Shown piece after piece: positions 27,894-37,856 of a DNA stretch of 64,000 nucleotides (the stretch's first letter is position 1; each line of letters opens with the position of its first letter). This DNA is from an uncultured Bacillota bacterium. GTDB lineage: Bacteria; Bacillota_I; Bacilli_A; RF39; UBA660. The stretch covers positions 1,350,077 to 1,414,076 of the forward strand of contig OW818670.1 in the NCBI GenBank assembly GCA_942493215.1. Direction: 5' to 3'. Below the pieces are notes generated by a model, which had not been told where the DNA came from, did no database searches, and was given only the letters and a program-made list of their open reading frames with translations. Position numbers and translations under genes: made by a program.

Positions 27894-29216
27894 TTATCTC
27901 CCAATCTGATATGGTGTATCTATACTACCATTGCCATCTACCACAAATAAATTAGCATCTAAATATAAAGCTGGTCTTACTTTTAATTCTTTAGTAGGTA
28001 AATTACCATATAACTCTCTATTATCATTAATTGTATACATTGTTTGATCAGATGTCAAAGAACCCGTAAGAGTATAAACATTCGTTAAATCATTAACAAA
28101 CATATCATTAGTATTTAATAAACCAATATTAGCTTGTAATTTAGTCTTATATATACTTAAATAATCATAATTATCACTTAAACTATAACTACCAGTATAC
28201 CATGTACCCATTTTAACATAATCTTTATCTTCTAAAGATTTATAGAAAGTATTATTTAAATAATACCCTAAAGTATTATTTGATAGACTATATACATTTT
28301 TACTACCAAAAGTCTTTAATACTTCTTTATTACTAACTTTTAAATAATCATTCATAACGACTTTAGTTCCTATCTCATCTTGACTAACTATTTTCCATAC
28401 ATAGCCACTATATTCAACATAACTACTAATTGATTTTGGTTTTAAAGTATTTCCCTCTTCAGTATCTACTTGATATGGCGCTGTAATAGTTCCATTGCCA
28501 CTAATATAATTAATATCTGATTTTATCGTTACAACAGGTCTTACTCCATAATTTTTTAAATCTTTTACCGTCTTAACATCACCAGTATTAGTAATATACC
28601 ATTTATCACCTTTAGTATTATTATTACTAATCCACCAATTAGTTTTATTATTTAAATAACTGTTCTTACCACCTACTAATTCATAATCATTTAATGATAA
28701 GAGACCAACATAATAGTCCGTATTAGTATTCTTGCAAGTACTCTTAGTAGCATCATCAATATTATCTAAACATAAAGTACTTTTAACTAAGTTTTTATCA
28801 GTATATATTAAACTATTATAAAATATACCCGTATTACTATCACTCGTTTTATTTAACCATTTATTAATAGATGAATAGACATACTTATCATTAAAAGACA
28901 ACAAAATATTAGTATCATCTAAAACAATAACTAATTCATTATGCTTATTAATCTTAACAATTCGCCATAATAATCCTGAATAACGAACATAGTTATTAGG
29001 ATTATTCCCTTTATACCAATAATTATCACCATTTTTTACTAACATCCTATTAATAGACGTATCATTTAAAATGTAAGTCCCTAATTTCTGGGCTTCAACA
29101 TTAGAACCAACATTTTCCAAACGATAATAATGAATAAAACGATAAGTATATACGCCTATTAAAGATAATAAAATAACCATACTAACAATATTAAAAACAA
29201 ATATTTTCTTTTTCAT
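27894..29216 (-). CDS. Membrane-anchored protein with two DUF6273-like domains
   Basis: Two repeats of NYVxYSGxxWxI...VGLL...VRP...GNGxxxxPY. Confidence 0.7.
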   Translation of the reverse strand: MKKKIFVFNIVSMVILLSLIGVYTYRFIHYYRLENVGSNVEAQKLGTYILNDTSINRMLVKNGDNYWYKGNNPNNYVRYSGLLWRIVKINKHNELVIVLDDTNILLSFNDKYVYSSINKWLNKTSDSNTGIFYNSLIYTDKNLVKSTLCLDNIDDATKSTCKNTNTDYYVGLLSLNDYELVGGKNSYLNNKTNWWISNNNTKGDKWYITNTGDVKTVKDLKNYGVRPVVTIKSDINYISGNGTITAPYQVDTEEGNTLKPKSISSYVEYSGYVWKIVSQDEIGTKVVMNDYLKVSNKEVLKTFGSKNVYSLSNNTLGYYLNNTFYKSLEDKDYVKMGTWYTGSYSLSDNYDYLSIYKTKLQANIGLLNTNDMFVNDLTNVYTLTGSLTSDQTMYTINDNRELYGNLPTKELKVRPALYLDANLFVVDGNGSIDTPYQIGR

Positions 29217-29291
29217 ATAAATACCTCACAGCTAATATTTATTATACAATAATATGGTATAAAATTAATATATAAATGTTAATATTTACAC

Positions 29292-29315
29292 AAAAATAGA
29301 CAAAATAGTCTATTT
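29292..29315 (-). terminator. Intrinsic terminator after sigE
   Basis: AAATAGAC-loop-GTCTATTT stem with a T tract on the minus strand. Confidence 0.65.
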
Positions 29316-30006
29316 ATTTAACATTTGTTCGTAAACGTCTAATTATCTTTTTTTCAATTCGTGATATATATGACTGACTTATATTCAATGCATCAGCTAC
29401 ATCTTTTTGTGTCATTTCTTTGCATCCAAACAATCCATAACGTAATATCATAATTTTACGATCCCGACTATTTAACTTTTCAATCTCATGATACAATAAC
29501 TTCTTTTCAATTTGTTCCTCTAAACCCTTTGTCACAACATCAGGCTCGGTTCCTAAGATATCTTCTAAACGTAATTCATTACCCTCAACATCATAACTTA
29601 AACTATCCTCAAAACTTATTTCACCTCGTCTTTTTTTATTTTTTCTTAAAAACATTAGAATTTCATTATCGATACATCGTGAGGCATAAGTTGCCAGTTT
29701 AATGTTTTTGTCGATTCGATAAGTATTTATCCCTTTTATTAATCCAATCGTTCCAATACTAACTAAATCTTCTAAATCAACACCCGTATTTTCATATTTT
29801 TTTGATAAGAAAACAACTAAACGAAGATTATGTTCAATTAGCTTATTTTTGGCATATTCATCACCATTCATACTTTGCTCAATAAACTTTAATTCTTCTT
29901 CTTTTTCTAATGGTTCGGGCAATTTATCCGAACTACCAATAAAAAAGATATTAGGATCAATTCTAAACCATCTTAAAATACAAGTAATAAATCGTTTCAT
30001 CATCAT
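29314..30006 (-). CDS. sigE: Mother-cell pro-sigma factor SigE
   Basis: Amphipathic pro-sequence then FFIGSSDKLPEPL, LIEHNLRLVV, EDLVSIGTIGLIK, KLATYASRCIDNEILM, TQKDVADALNISQSYISRIEK; coupled to spoIIGA. Confidence 0.96.
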   Translation of the reverse strand: MMMKRFITCILRWFRIDPNIFFIGSSDKLPEPLEKEEELKFIEQSMNGDEYAKNKLIEHNLRLVVFLSKKYENTGVDLEDLVSIGTIGLIKGINTYRIDKNIKLATYASRCIDNEILMFLRKNKKRRGEISFEDSLSYDVEGNELRLEDILGTEPDVVTKGLEEQIEKKLLYHEIEKLNSRDRKIMILRYGLFGCKEMTQKDVADALNISQSYISRIEKKIIRRLRTNVK

Positions 30007-30788
30007 TTTTCCTCCCATAATTTATCATGTAATAAACAATCAATGCCATCAATATTTATACTTTCTTCCATAAGTCCTAATAAAATATTATGTTTTATCT
30101 CATTGTTAAATTTTATTTTCGGTATTCGAACACATTTTAGTAAGCCATGATTAGTAATAGAATTATATGGAATATAAATATAATTATTAATTAAATAAGG
30201 ATATTTATCTTTACTAATAAGTAAGACTGGTCTATTTAAATAGGGATCTATTAATTTGTTTCCAGTATCAAAATAACCAGTTAGTTTTAAAGTCTTATTA
30301 TCTTCTAAATATAATGTAATAGGATAATAATTAGAATAGTTATTTTTTAAATTAAGTCCTTGTTTAACATATAAATAAATAATAGCAGGGCCAAAAAGAA
30401 TAAGAACAATATAATTAATACTTAATCCATTATAATAAAATACTAAACCATCATTCTTATAAGAAAATTGAATATTTAAAAAATATAAGAATCCTCCTAA
30501 TAAAATACTTGATGTATATAAAAATAAGATATTCTTTAATGTGTACATTAATGATTCATATTTGAAAGTAACTAATACCATTAACACACTAAATAATACC
30601 TTAATCATAAATAGCCAAAAAGAATTAATATTAATAAATAAAGCAAGAATAGTTAAACTACCAACAAATGATCCTATTAAGAGACGATTAAGAGTTACTT
30701 TACGTCTTAAAATTAAAGATACGCTTAGAAGAAGAATAAAATCAAACGCAAAATTAAGAAATAAAATAAGATCTAAATAAATTTTCAC
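30003..30788 (-). CDS. spoIIGA: Pro-sigmaE processing aspartic peptidase SpoIIGA
   Basis: GTG start (VKIYLDLILFLNF), multi-TM N-terminus, catalytic DTGNKL.DP, IPYNSI. Confidence 0.93.
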   Translation of the reverse strand: MKIYLDLILFLNFAFDFILLLSVSLILRRKVTLNRLLIGSFVGSLTILALFININSFWLFMIKVLFSVLMVLVTFKYESLMYTLKNILFLYTSSILLGGFLYFLNIQFSYKNDGLVFYYNGLSINYIVLILFGPAIIYLYVKQGLNLKNNYSNYYPITLYLEDNKTLKLTGYFDTGNKLIDPYLNRPVLLISKDKYPYLINNYIYIPYNSITNHGLLKCVRIPKIKFNNEIKHNILLGLMEESINIDGIDCLLHDKLWEEK

Positions 30789-30809
30789 TTTATCACCTGT
30801 ATATATTAT

Positions 30810-30835
30810 AAAAAAAAGACACATAATAATGTGTC
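30810..30835 (-). terminator. Intrinsic terminator after ftsZ
   Basis: GACACAT-loop-ATGTGTC stem followed by T8 on the minus strand; TATAAT follows at the end of the T tract. Confidence 0.75.
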
Positions 30836-30844
30836 GTTTTTCGT

Positions 30845-31909
30845 TTAGAATCCTCTTTTTCTTAAGAATGTTGGAATATCACCATCATCATCATCATTAG
30901 GATTTAATGTTTCGATCTTACCAGCATCATGTTTAGCATAAGCATGATATAAAGGTTCGGTTGATTCTTCAAATCCAGTTGCAATAACAGTAACAATTAT
31001 TTCATCCGTTAAGCTTTCACAAATAATAGCTCCAAATATTGTATTTATATCAGTATTAGCTGATGTTCTAACAACCTCTGCCGCTTCTTCAACTTCAAAT
31101 AATGTTAAGCTTGGACCACCAGTAACGTTAATTATAGCATCCGTTGCTCCATTAATACTAGTTTCTAATAATGGACTAGATACGGCTTGTCTAGCTGCAT
31201 CAGCAGCTCTATTTTCACCAACACCAATACCAATACCAATAAGGGCATTACCACGTTTTTCCATAACTGCTTTAACATCCGCAAAGTCAAGATTAATTAA
31301 ACCAGATACGGCAATTAAATCTGAAATAGATTGGACACCTGTTCTTAAAACATTATCAACCTCTTTAAATGAATCTAATAGAGGGGTTGTTTTATCAATT
31401 AAATCACGTAAACGATCATTAGGTACAACAATTAAAGTATCAACATGTTTTCTTAATTCCTCAATACCATTTAGTGCTTGTTCCATTCTTTTCTTTCCTT
31501 CGAAAGAGAAAGGTTTAGTAACAATACCGACCGTTAAAGCACCTAGTTCTTGGGCAATACTAGCTATGACTGGAGCTGCTCCTGTACCGGTTCCACCACC
31601 CATACCACAAGTAATGAATACCATATCAGAACCCTTTAAGATATTTTCTATCTCATCACGTGATTCTAAAGCCGCTTCTTTACCTATTTGTGGGTTAGCT
31701 CCTGCTCCTAGACCATTTGTAAGTTCTGCTCCAATTTGAATTTTAACTGATGCTTGGGAATTATTAAGCACCTGTAAATCAGTATTAGCAGCTATAAACT
31801 CTACGCCCTTTAAACCCGACTCAATCATACGATTAACGGCATTATTACCACCGCCACCAACACCTATTACTTTAATTTTAGCTAATTGATCCATTTCTAA
31901 TCCTAACAT
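30845..31909 (-). CDS. ftsZ: Cell division GTPase FtsZ
   Basis: [31 protein letters not shown]-terminal DIPTFLRK. Confidence 0.98.
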   Translation of the reverse strand: MLGLEMDQLAKIKVIGVGGGGNNAVNRMIESGLKGVEFIAANTDLQVLNNSQASVKIQIGAELTNGLGAGANPQIGKEAALESRDEIENILKGSDMVFITCGMGGGTGTGAAPVIASIAQELGALTVGIVTKPFSFEGKKRMEQALNGIEELRKHVDTLIVVPNDRLRDLIDKTTPLLDSFKEVDNVLRTGVQSISDLIAVSGLINLDFADVKAVMEKRGNALIGIGIGVGENRAADAARQAVSSPLLETSINGATDAIINVTGGPSLTLFEVEEAAEVVRTSANTDINTIFGAIICESLTDEIIVTVIATGFEESTEPLYHAYAKHDAGKIETLNPNDDDDGDIPTFLRKRGF

Positions 31910-31920
31910 ATATGTCCTCC

Positions 31921-33168
31921 TTATTCGTTAAAAAAATAACCAAATATTTTACCTAATACTGATTCGTTAGAAGTACTTGTCATATTATCACTAGGTGTTG
32001 AAATACCTTCTGTTTCATCATCTGTAAACATTGTATAATTTTGTCCTTTTAATTTTAATTTATTAACAAAATAAATAATATTACCAACTGCTGATGAATA
32101 TTTATTATTACGAATACCCAGTAATTTTACATTACCCACACTAGTAGTTGGTCCAAGTATTTCTTCAGCAATCCGGGAAAATCCCGCCATATTGCTAACT
32201 CCTCCTGTAATTATTATATAATCAATATGCTTAGTTGTCAAAATTTTTATTTCTTTATTGATTAAATTTAATGTTTCTTCGATTCTAGACATGACTATTT
32301 CGGAAGCTTCGTACTGATTAATCTTGATTTTTTCACCATCAGTCGGTGTTACTTCAATAACTTCACCAACACTAGCCACATTACGATGCGCTACCGCAAA
32401 CTTTTCTTTTATTTTAATGGCTGTATCTAAATCCACTTTATACATATAAGCTAAATCATTATCAATATTTCGTCCCCCTAATTGTAAAATAGAGTTACGT
32501 ACCACAATTCCTTTATTATATAAAGTAATAGATGTAGCATCTGAGCCCATATTAACAATAATACCTACTTTAGTATCAATATCTTTATTTTTAAAAGCAT
32601 AGACATCACCTACACAATTTAAAGATATATCAACAACATCAATACCAACTGTTTCTAGTAAATTAACAATGGAATAAACATTCTTTCTTGGTGTTAAAGC
32701 AATAACACCTCTAACACCCAAATTAGATCCTACCATTCCTTTTGGATCTCTTATTCCCTCTTTATCATCTAATTTAAAGTCAACAGGAAATATGGCTGCC
32801 ATTTCCGTATTGTTATTAACTTTAGCGTCCACTACTTTTTTTAATAAATCAATAACAATATCACTATCAACCATATGGCCATCAGTATTAACTATTATTT
32901 CTTCTTTAAAGGGACGAAAATCAGCAAAATAACTAGGTACTGAAACAAGAGCCTTTTTAATCTTAACTCCTAAAACAGACTCTACCTCTACAATGGCCTT
33001 ACGTAATGACATAGCAGCTGCTTGGGGATCATTGATTAATCCCTTTTTAACACCCTTAGATTTAACTGCGGATGCCGCCAATAAATTTAATTTATTTTTA
33101 TGTAATTCGCATACTATAACTTTTATTGTATTAGATCCGATATCAACGCTAGTATATATATGCTTCAT
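31921..33168 (-). CDS. ftsA: Cell division protein FtsA
   Basis: [34 protein letters not shown]-terminal amphipathic LGKIFGYFF. Confidence 0.95.
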   Translation of the reverse strand: MKHIYTSVDIGSNTIKVIVCELHKNKLNLLAASAVKSKGVKKGLINDPQAAAMSLRKAIVEVESVLGVKIKKALVSVPSYFADFRPFKEEIIVNTDGHMVDSDIVIDLLKKVVDAKVNNNTEMAAIFPVDFKLDDKEGIRDPKGMVGSNLGVRGVIALTPRKNVYSIVNLLETVGIDVVDISLNCVGDVYAFKNKDIDTKVGIIVNMGSDATSITLYNKGIVVRNSILQLGGRNIDNDLAYMYKVDLDTAIKIKEKFAVAHRNVASVGEVIEVTPTDGEKIKINQYEASEIVMSRIEETLNLINKEIKILTTKHIDYIIITGGVSNMAGFSRIAEEILGPTTSVGNVKLLGIRNNKYSSAVGNIIYFVNKLKLKGQNYTMFTDDETEGISTPSDNMTSTSNESVLGKIFGYFFNE

Positions 33169-33251
33169 ACAATCATCTCCTATAATCTAAACTAATTATA
33201 CTATATAATTGTTAAAAATTAAAGAAAAAATTATAAAATCATATAAATATC

Positions 33252-33258
33252 TTCGACA
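33252..33258 (-). promoter_or_regulatory. Possible Spo0A box upstream of ftsA
   Basis: TGTCGAA on the coding strand 84 bp upstream of the ftsA start; a 7-mer, so it may be chance. Confidence 0.35.
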
Positions 33259-33284
33259 TTTAATCATAAAATTAATAATATACA

Positions 33285-33317
33285 TAAAAAAAATAGTGTT
33301 ATCATTAAACACTATTT
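33285..33317 (-). terminator. Intrinsic terminator after the COG2426 gene
   Basis: AAATAGTGTT-loop-AACACTATTT with a T tract on the minus strand. Confidence 0.7.
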
Positions 33318-33833
33318 CTAACTAATAATATTTTTAAGTATTCCAAATGATAAAATCATCATAATAATAGACGCCATCAAGACTCCCCCAATAATAGAAA
33401 TTAAGCCTTTTTTCTTATCCATATCTAATAAAGCCGCAATTAAAGATCCCGTCCATGCGCCTGTTCCTGGTAAAGGAATACCAACAAATATTAGTAAACC
33501 CCAGAATTCATATTTTTCAACTTGACTCTTCTTGTTAAGAGCCCGATTCTCTAATTTTGAAACAAAACCTGATAATCGCTTGGTCTTCTTTAATTTGTTA
33601 AATAAAGGAGTTATAAACCATAAAATAAAAGGTATTGGTATAATATTACCTATTATGGCAATAACTAGGCTTATCCATGGATTTAAACCTAATAAAGCGG
33701 CTGCTATTAAGCCACCTCGTAATTCAACTATAGGAAGTAATGAAATAATAAAGACTATTAATTCTTTGCCTAAAGGCATACTAGTAAGACCACTAAACCA
33801 AGATAATAAAACATTAACAATATTCTCTGCCAT
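33318..33833 (-). CDS. COG2426/small multidrug-export-family membrane protein
   Basis: SLLPIVELRGGL, GNIIPIP, FVGIPLPGTGAWTG. Confidence 0.88.
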   Translation of the reverse strand: MAENIVNVLLSWFSGLTSMPLGKELIVFIISLLPIVELRGGLIAAALLGLNPWISLVIAIIGNIIPIPFILWFITPLFNKLKKTKRLSGFVSKLENRALNKKSQVEKYEFWGLLIFVGIPLPGTGAWTGSLIAALLDMDKKKGLISIIGGVLMASIIMMILSFGILKNIIS

Positions 33834-33902
33834 AAATACCTCTTCTATCATACTTTTAAAGTATACTACTATTGTATCATAAATTTTAATAATTTAAAGT
33901 AT

Positions 33903-33933
33903 AAAAAACTTCGTTATTTACAAAAACGAAGTT
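33903..33933 (-). terminator. Intrinsic terminator after murC
   Basis: AACTTCGTT-loop-AACGAAGTT with a T tract on the minus strand. Confidence 0.7.
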
Positions 33934-33940
33934 AATTATA

Positions 33941-35257
33941 TTATTTATCTTCCACTAATCTTTCTTTTAGCTTTTCTTCATAAGCAGCTTGTAAGACATA
34001 TATTTCTTTACTACTCATAAATAGAATAACCGCATTACGATAATCTAATAATTTATCAATTGTTTCTAAAGATATATGTTCCCCGTTTTTAACTTTATCA
34101 AGAATCAAATGATAATCAACATCATCATAACCTTCTTCTAAACGATCAGTATATATATCTGTTACATAAGATTTATCAGCTAAATTAAGAGCATCCGCAA
34201 AATCTTCAGCAAATTCTTTAGCACGTGACAAAGTATGAATCATTAATACGGCAATAATCTTTTTATCAGGATATTTTTGACGTGCTCCTTTAATGGTTAC
34301 TTTTACTTCGGCTGGATGATGGGCATAATCATCAATTGTTACAACATCATCAATTATTGTTTCTTTAAATCGTCTTTTAGCACCGGTAAATGTTTTCAAA
34401 TATTTAGCCACTTCTTTAGCTTCTAAACGTTCATAATAACAAACACCAATTACAGCCAAAGAATTTAACAACATATGTTTACCATATAAAGGTAAATCAA
34501 AGTGTCCATAATAATTATCTTCAACAAAGACATCGAAACTTGTGCCTTCATTATGATATTCAATATCTCGCGCTTGAATATCATTATCATCATCTAAACC
34601 ATAAAAGAAGATAGGCTTAGTTACTTCTAATGAACGTGTATAAGGATCATCACCACAGGCAATAATCATCTTTTCAGCGTTATTAGCGTACTCTTGATAA
34701 GCATCAATAATATCAGACATATCTTTATAATAGTCTAAATGATCTAAATCAATATTCGTAATAATGGCATAATATGGAGAATAAGCAAGAAAATGTCTTT
34801 TCCATTCACAAGCTTCTAAAACAAAGTATTTATTATCTTTATTAGCGTATCCTGTTCCATCACCAATTAAATAATTGCATCCTGTAATATTTTTTAAGAC
34901 ATGAGATAGCATCGAAGTTGTTGTTGTTTTACCATGACATCCCGCTACCGTGATAGACTCAAACATCTCGGTTAATTTAGCTAACATATCTTGATAAGAA
35001 TATATCTTAATACCTAATTCTTTAGCTCTTACTACTTCCGAATGATCATCACGAAAAGCATTACCTTGAATAATAATCATATCTTCTTTAATATTATCAG
35101 GATCAAATGGTAATATTTTAATGTTTTGTTCGATTAATCCTGCTTCTGTAAAAAAGTGTTCGTCTTTATCACTACCTTGTACTTCAAAACCTAATCCTTT
35201 TAAAACTTGGGCTAAAGAACTCATACCGGTTCCTTTTATACCAATAAAATGATACAT
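33941..35257 (-). CDS. murC: UDP-N-acetylmuramate--L-alanine ligase
   Basis: YHFIGIKGTGMS, VAGCHGKTTTTS, EACE, DLDHLDYY, DDYAHHPAE. Confidence 0.95.
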   Translation of the reverse strand: MYHFIGIKGTGMSSLAQVLKGLGFEVQGSDKDEHFFTEAGLIEQNIKILPFDPDNIKEDMIIIQGNAFRDDHSEVVRAKELGIKIYSYQDMLAKLTEMFESITVAGCHGKTTTTSMLSHVLKNITGCNYLIGDGTGYANKDNKYFVLEACEWKRHFLAYSPYYAIITNIDLDHLDYYKDMSDIIDAYQEYANNAEKMIIACGDDPYTRSLEVTKPIFFYGLDDDNDIQARDIEYHNEGTSFDVFVEDNYYGHFDLPLYGKHMLLNSLAVIGVCYYERLEAKEVAKYLKTFTGAKRRFKETIIDDVVTIDDYAHHPAEVKVTIKGARQKYPDKKIIAVLMIHTLSRAKEFAEDFADALNLADKSYVTDIYTDRLEEGYDDVDYHLILDKVKNGEHISLETIDKLLDYRNAVILFMSSKEIYVLQAAYEEKLKERLVEDK

Positions 35258-35328
35258 ATCACCATCTCCTATCATTATTATACATTATTTAATAAAATGT
35301 GTGAATAAGTAATTAAAAATTATTATTA

Positions 35329-36414
35329 CTATTTTTTTAATTTATGGCAATAAGAAGGAATATTTACTTTATTACCATATTCAAAAGATACTCCTAATGA
35401 TTCTAAATGCTGTCTTGCTTCTTCTATTTGTGAACGATCAAAACTCTTTTTAGCAAAATGAAAATCTAAAGAAATTATTGGTTTATGATGATCAAGTTCA
35501 TCTAGGGCATCTTGACCAAGAAGAAAATAAGTATCAGAAAATTTACTAGCTTTTAAAGCATCAGGAACTTGATTCTCATTACGAGTAACTGACCACGTGG
35601 AATCAGTTGCATAAAACTCTTTATTATGGCTTACCCAATTATATAAGTGTCCATCTGCCATAACAAGACCACAATTAATATTAGCAATCGAATTACTATT
35701 TAAATACAAATATCCTAGTGCCATTGTATAGCAAGCTCCTAGTCCTCTATCAAAAAGAGTACTAACATCGCGTATATCACCATGAACATTTCGATCATAT
35801 GTAGAAGCAATATATTCTGCATTATGGAAACTACTGAAACTTTTTATACCACCAACATATTGAAATCTAGCTTCAAAATAATTAAGAATTATAAGCATCT
35901 TCTCTAAATCATTAATGTTAGGGTTAGCTGTTAATAATTCATTCGTCAACTGCATAACTTGTTGTAAAAAGGGTGGTGTTTGAATACACTCATCTATACC
36001 GTGTTGCATAATTGTTGGTAATTTAGCAGCATAAAAGTGACAACCTTTTTTTTCTCCCAACAAATCTAATCCCAACATTTGATAGCGAACAGGAATATAT
36101 AAATCACTATTAGGTAAGGGTCCAATATAGCTACGATCTTGTATTGAACAATCATCTATTAATATAAATCTTTTATGACATTTAGTTTGATCAAAAAAGA
36201 AACTAATATACTTCATAACATCATAATCATAACCATAAAAATATACTTCTTTTAAATCAGGAAGAGATAATAAGCGTTGAAGTCTTATAATATTGTAAAG
36301 TGGATTATGATTTATCCCAACTAAGTTAATGGATACTTTAGAGTATTCTTTAGCTTCTCTTACTTTCATTTCATCAATAGAAAATACATTATTACTATTA
36401 CCATCAGTGGCCAT
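35329..36414 (-). CDS. Hypothetical protein with transglutaminase-like Cys-His-Asp domain
   Basis: GACYTMA...GHLYNWV...YATDSTW has the order and spacing of the transglutaminase-like triad. Confidence 0.65.
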   Translation of the reverse strand: MATDGNSNNVFSIDEMKVREAKEYSKVSINLVGINHNPLYNIIRLQRLLSLPDLKEVYFYGYDYDVMKYISFFFDQTKCHKRFILIDDCSIQDRSYIGPLPNSDLYIPVRYQMLGLDLLGEKKGCHFYAAKLPTIMQHGIDECIQTPPFLQQVMQLTNELLTANPNINDLEKMLIILNYFEARFQYVGGIKSFSSFHNAEYIASTYDRNVHGDIRDVSTLFDRGLGACYTMALGYLYLNSNSIANINCGLVMADGHLYNWVSHNKEFYATDSTWSVTRNENQVPDALKASKFSDTYFLLGQDALDELDHHKPIISLDFHFAKKSFDRSQIEEARQHLESLGVSFEYGNKVNIPSYCHKLKK

Positions 36415-36476
36415 ATAAATCACCTAGTTGTCTATTATAACAGAATATTTATATATTTGATAATATTTATAAACAT

Positions 36477-36499
36477 AAAAAAAGCATTATATGCTTTTT
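36477..36499 (-). terminator. Terminator after the DUF4956 gene
   Basis: AAAAAGCAT-TAT-ATGCTTTTT. Confidence 0.65.
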
Positions 36500-37163
36500 A
36501 ATCACCAAAATCATTTTGATAACTTATTAGACTAGCGGTAATTACGCCATCCATCCGATTAAAGTTATTAATAAACTCATGTTCACTATCATCTTTAAGA
36601 TCAACTTCATAAGTTAATTCAACCGTATTATTATTAATAGTATGACTTTTTAATTTATGACGAGGTAATTTTCTTAAAGCATTATGTATCTGTGCTTCTC
36701 CTGCTATTTCATATTTAATAATAAATAGATATTGTGAACGAACCTTAAAGCCCATTAAGAAACTAACATAATATAGGATTCCTAAAGTAAGAGATCCAAT
36801 TAAGGCAATAACATACATACCCGTTCCGGCCATAATACCAGCCGCAATTCCCCAGAACATAAATCCTGTATCAACGGGTTCTTTAACAGCTGTTCGAAAA
36901 CGAACAATAGATAAAGCACCTACCATACCTAAAGAAAGGGCTAAATTAGAATTAACCGTTCTGATAATTAAAGCTGTAACTAATGAAAGTAAAATAATAC
37001 AAAGAGAGAATGATTTTGAATACACTACCCCATTATATGTTTTACGATATACAAACACAATTAGTAATCCGATGATAAAAGCCGTAACTAATGATAAAAT
37101 CATTTCATCGATTGATAAAGTACCAGTAAATTGATTAATTATACTATCTTTAATAACACTCAT
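36498..37163 (-). CDS. DUF4956-family membrane protein
   Basis: NLALSLGMVGALSIVRFRTAVKEPVD.GFMFW.IAAG signature. Confidence 0.9.
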   Translation of the reverse strand: MSVIKDSIINQFTGTLSIDEMILSLVTAFIIGLLIVFVYRKTYNGVVYSKSFSLCIILLSLVTALIIRTVNSNLALSLGMVGALSIVRFRTAVKEPVDTGFMFWGIAAGIMAGTGMYVIALIGSLTLGILYYVSFLMGFKVRSQYLFIIKYEIAGEAQIHNALRKLPRHKLKSHTINNNTVELTYEVDLKDDSEHEFINNFNRMDGVITASLISYQNDFGD

Positions 37164-37172
37164 AAATCCTCC

Positions 37173-37856
37173 TTATTTCACACTACGACATAGAGCAAAT
37201 TTTGATATAGCTTGTCGACAATTAGGAATAGTAGCTAATATAATCGCCAAACTCTCCGGTAATACTTCATTAAATTTTACTTCTAAAACAACTTTTTTAG
37301 GATCAATAACCCCGTATAAAGGTAAATCTTTATTGAATAAATCATAATCATATAATCCTGATTTTATTTCTTCATCAAATGTAACTCTTACATCACATAT
37401 TGGATAAGTATACGCTAAACGTTTATATTCAACAATAACCGATGGTATTAATCCTTTTAATTTACATTCCATAATAAATTCTTGTAATAGCTTACTACCA
37501 CTACTATTTATTTTATCAAACTCTTTATTAATTAGCAATTGATAAGTACGTTTATCAATTAAAGTTTGATCTTTAGATGTTAAGTTATTATTCTTTAATT
37601 TCTTCTCTAATCTAATAAACTGATCATCATTATTATAGATACGAATTCGATACTTTCTTCGATATTCAACACCATCTAATTTTTCATAATAAGCTGTCGA
37701 ATTAATATCATCATAATATAGACTTCTTATTAAGTATGTATTATCTTGATTATAAGAATTAGTATCAACAGCCATAAGAATAGCTAATTTACTTTTTAAT
37801 ATCTCAGCTTGTGGACTAGATATCGAAAACTTTAATTCATGACGATATTTACGCAT
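37173..37856 (-). CDS. VTC (polyphosphate polymerase)-domain protein
   Basis: RHELKF, RSLYYD, RRKYRIRIY, LEKK, YKRLAY, RVTFD, VLEVKF, SKF. Confidence 0.9.
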   Translation of the reverse strand: MRKYRHELKFSISSPQAEILKSKLAILMAVDTNSYNQDNTYLIRSLYYDDINSTAYYEKLDGVEYRRKYRIRIYNNDDQFIRLEKKLKNNNLTSKDQTLIDKRTYQLLINKEFDKINSSGSKLLQEFIMECKLKGLIPSVIVEYKRLAYTYPICDVRVTFDEEIKSGLYDYDLFNKDLPLYGVIDPKKVVLEVKFNEVLPESLAIILATIPNCRQAISKFALCRSVK

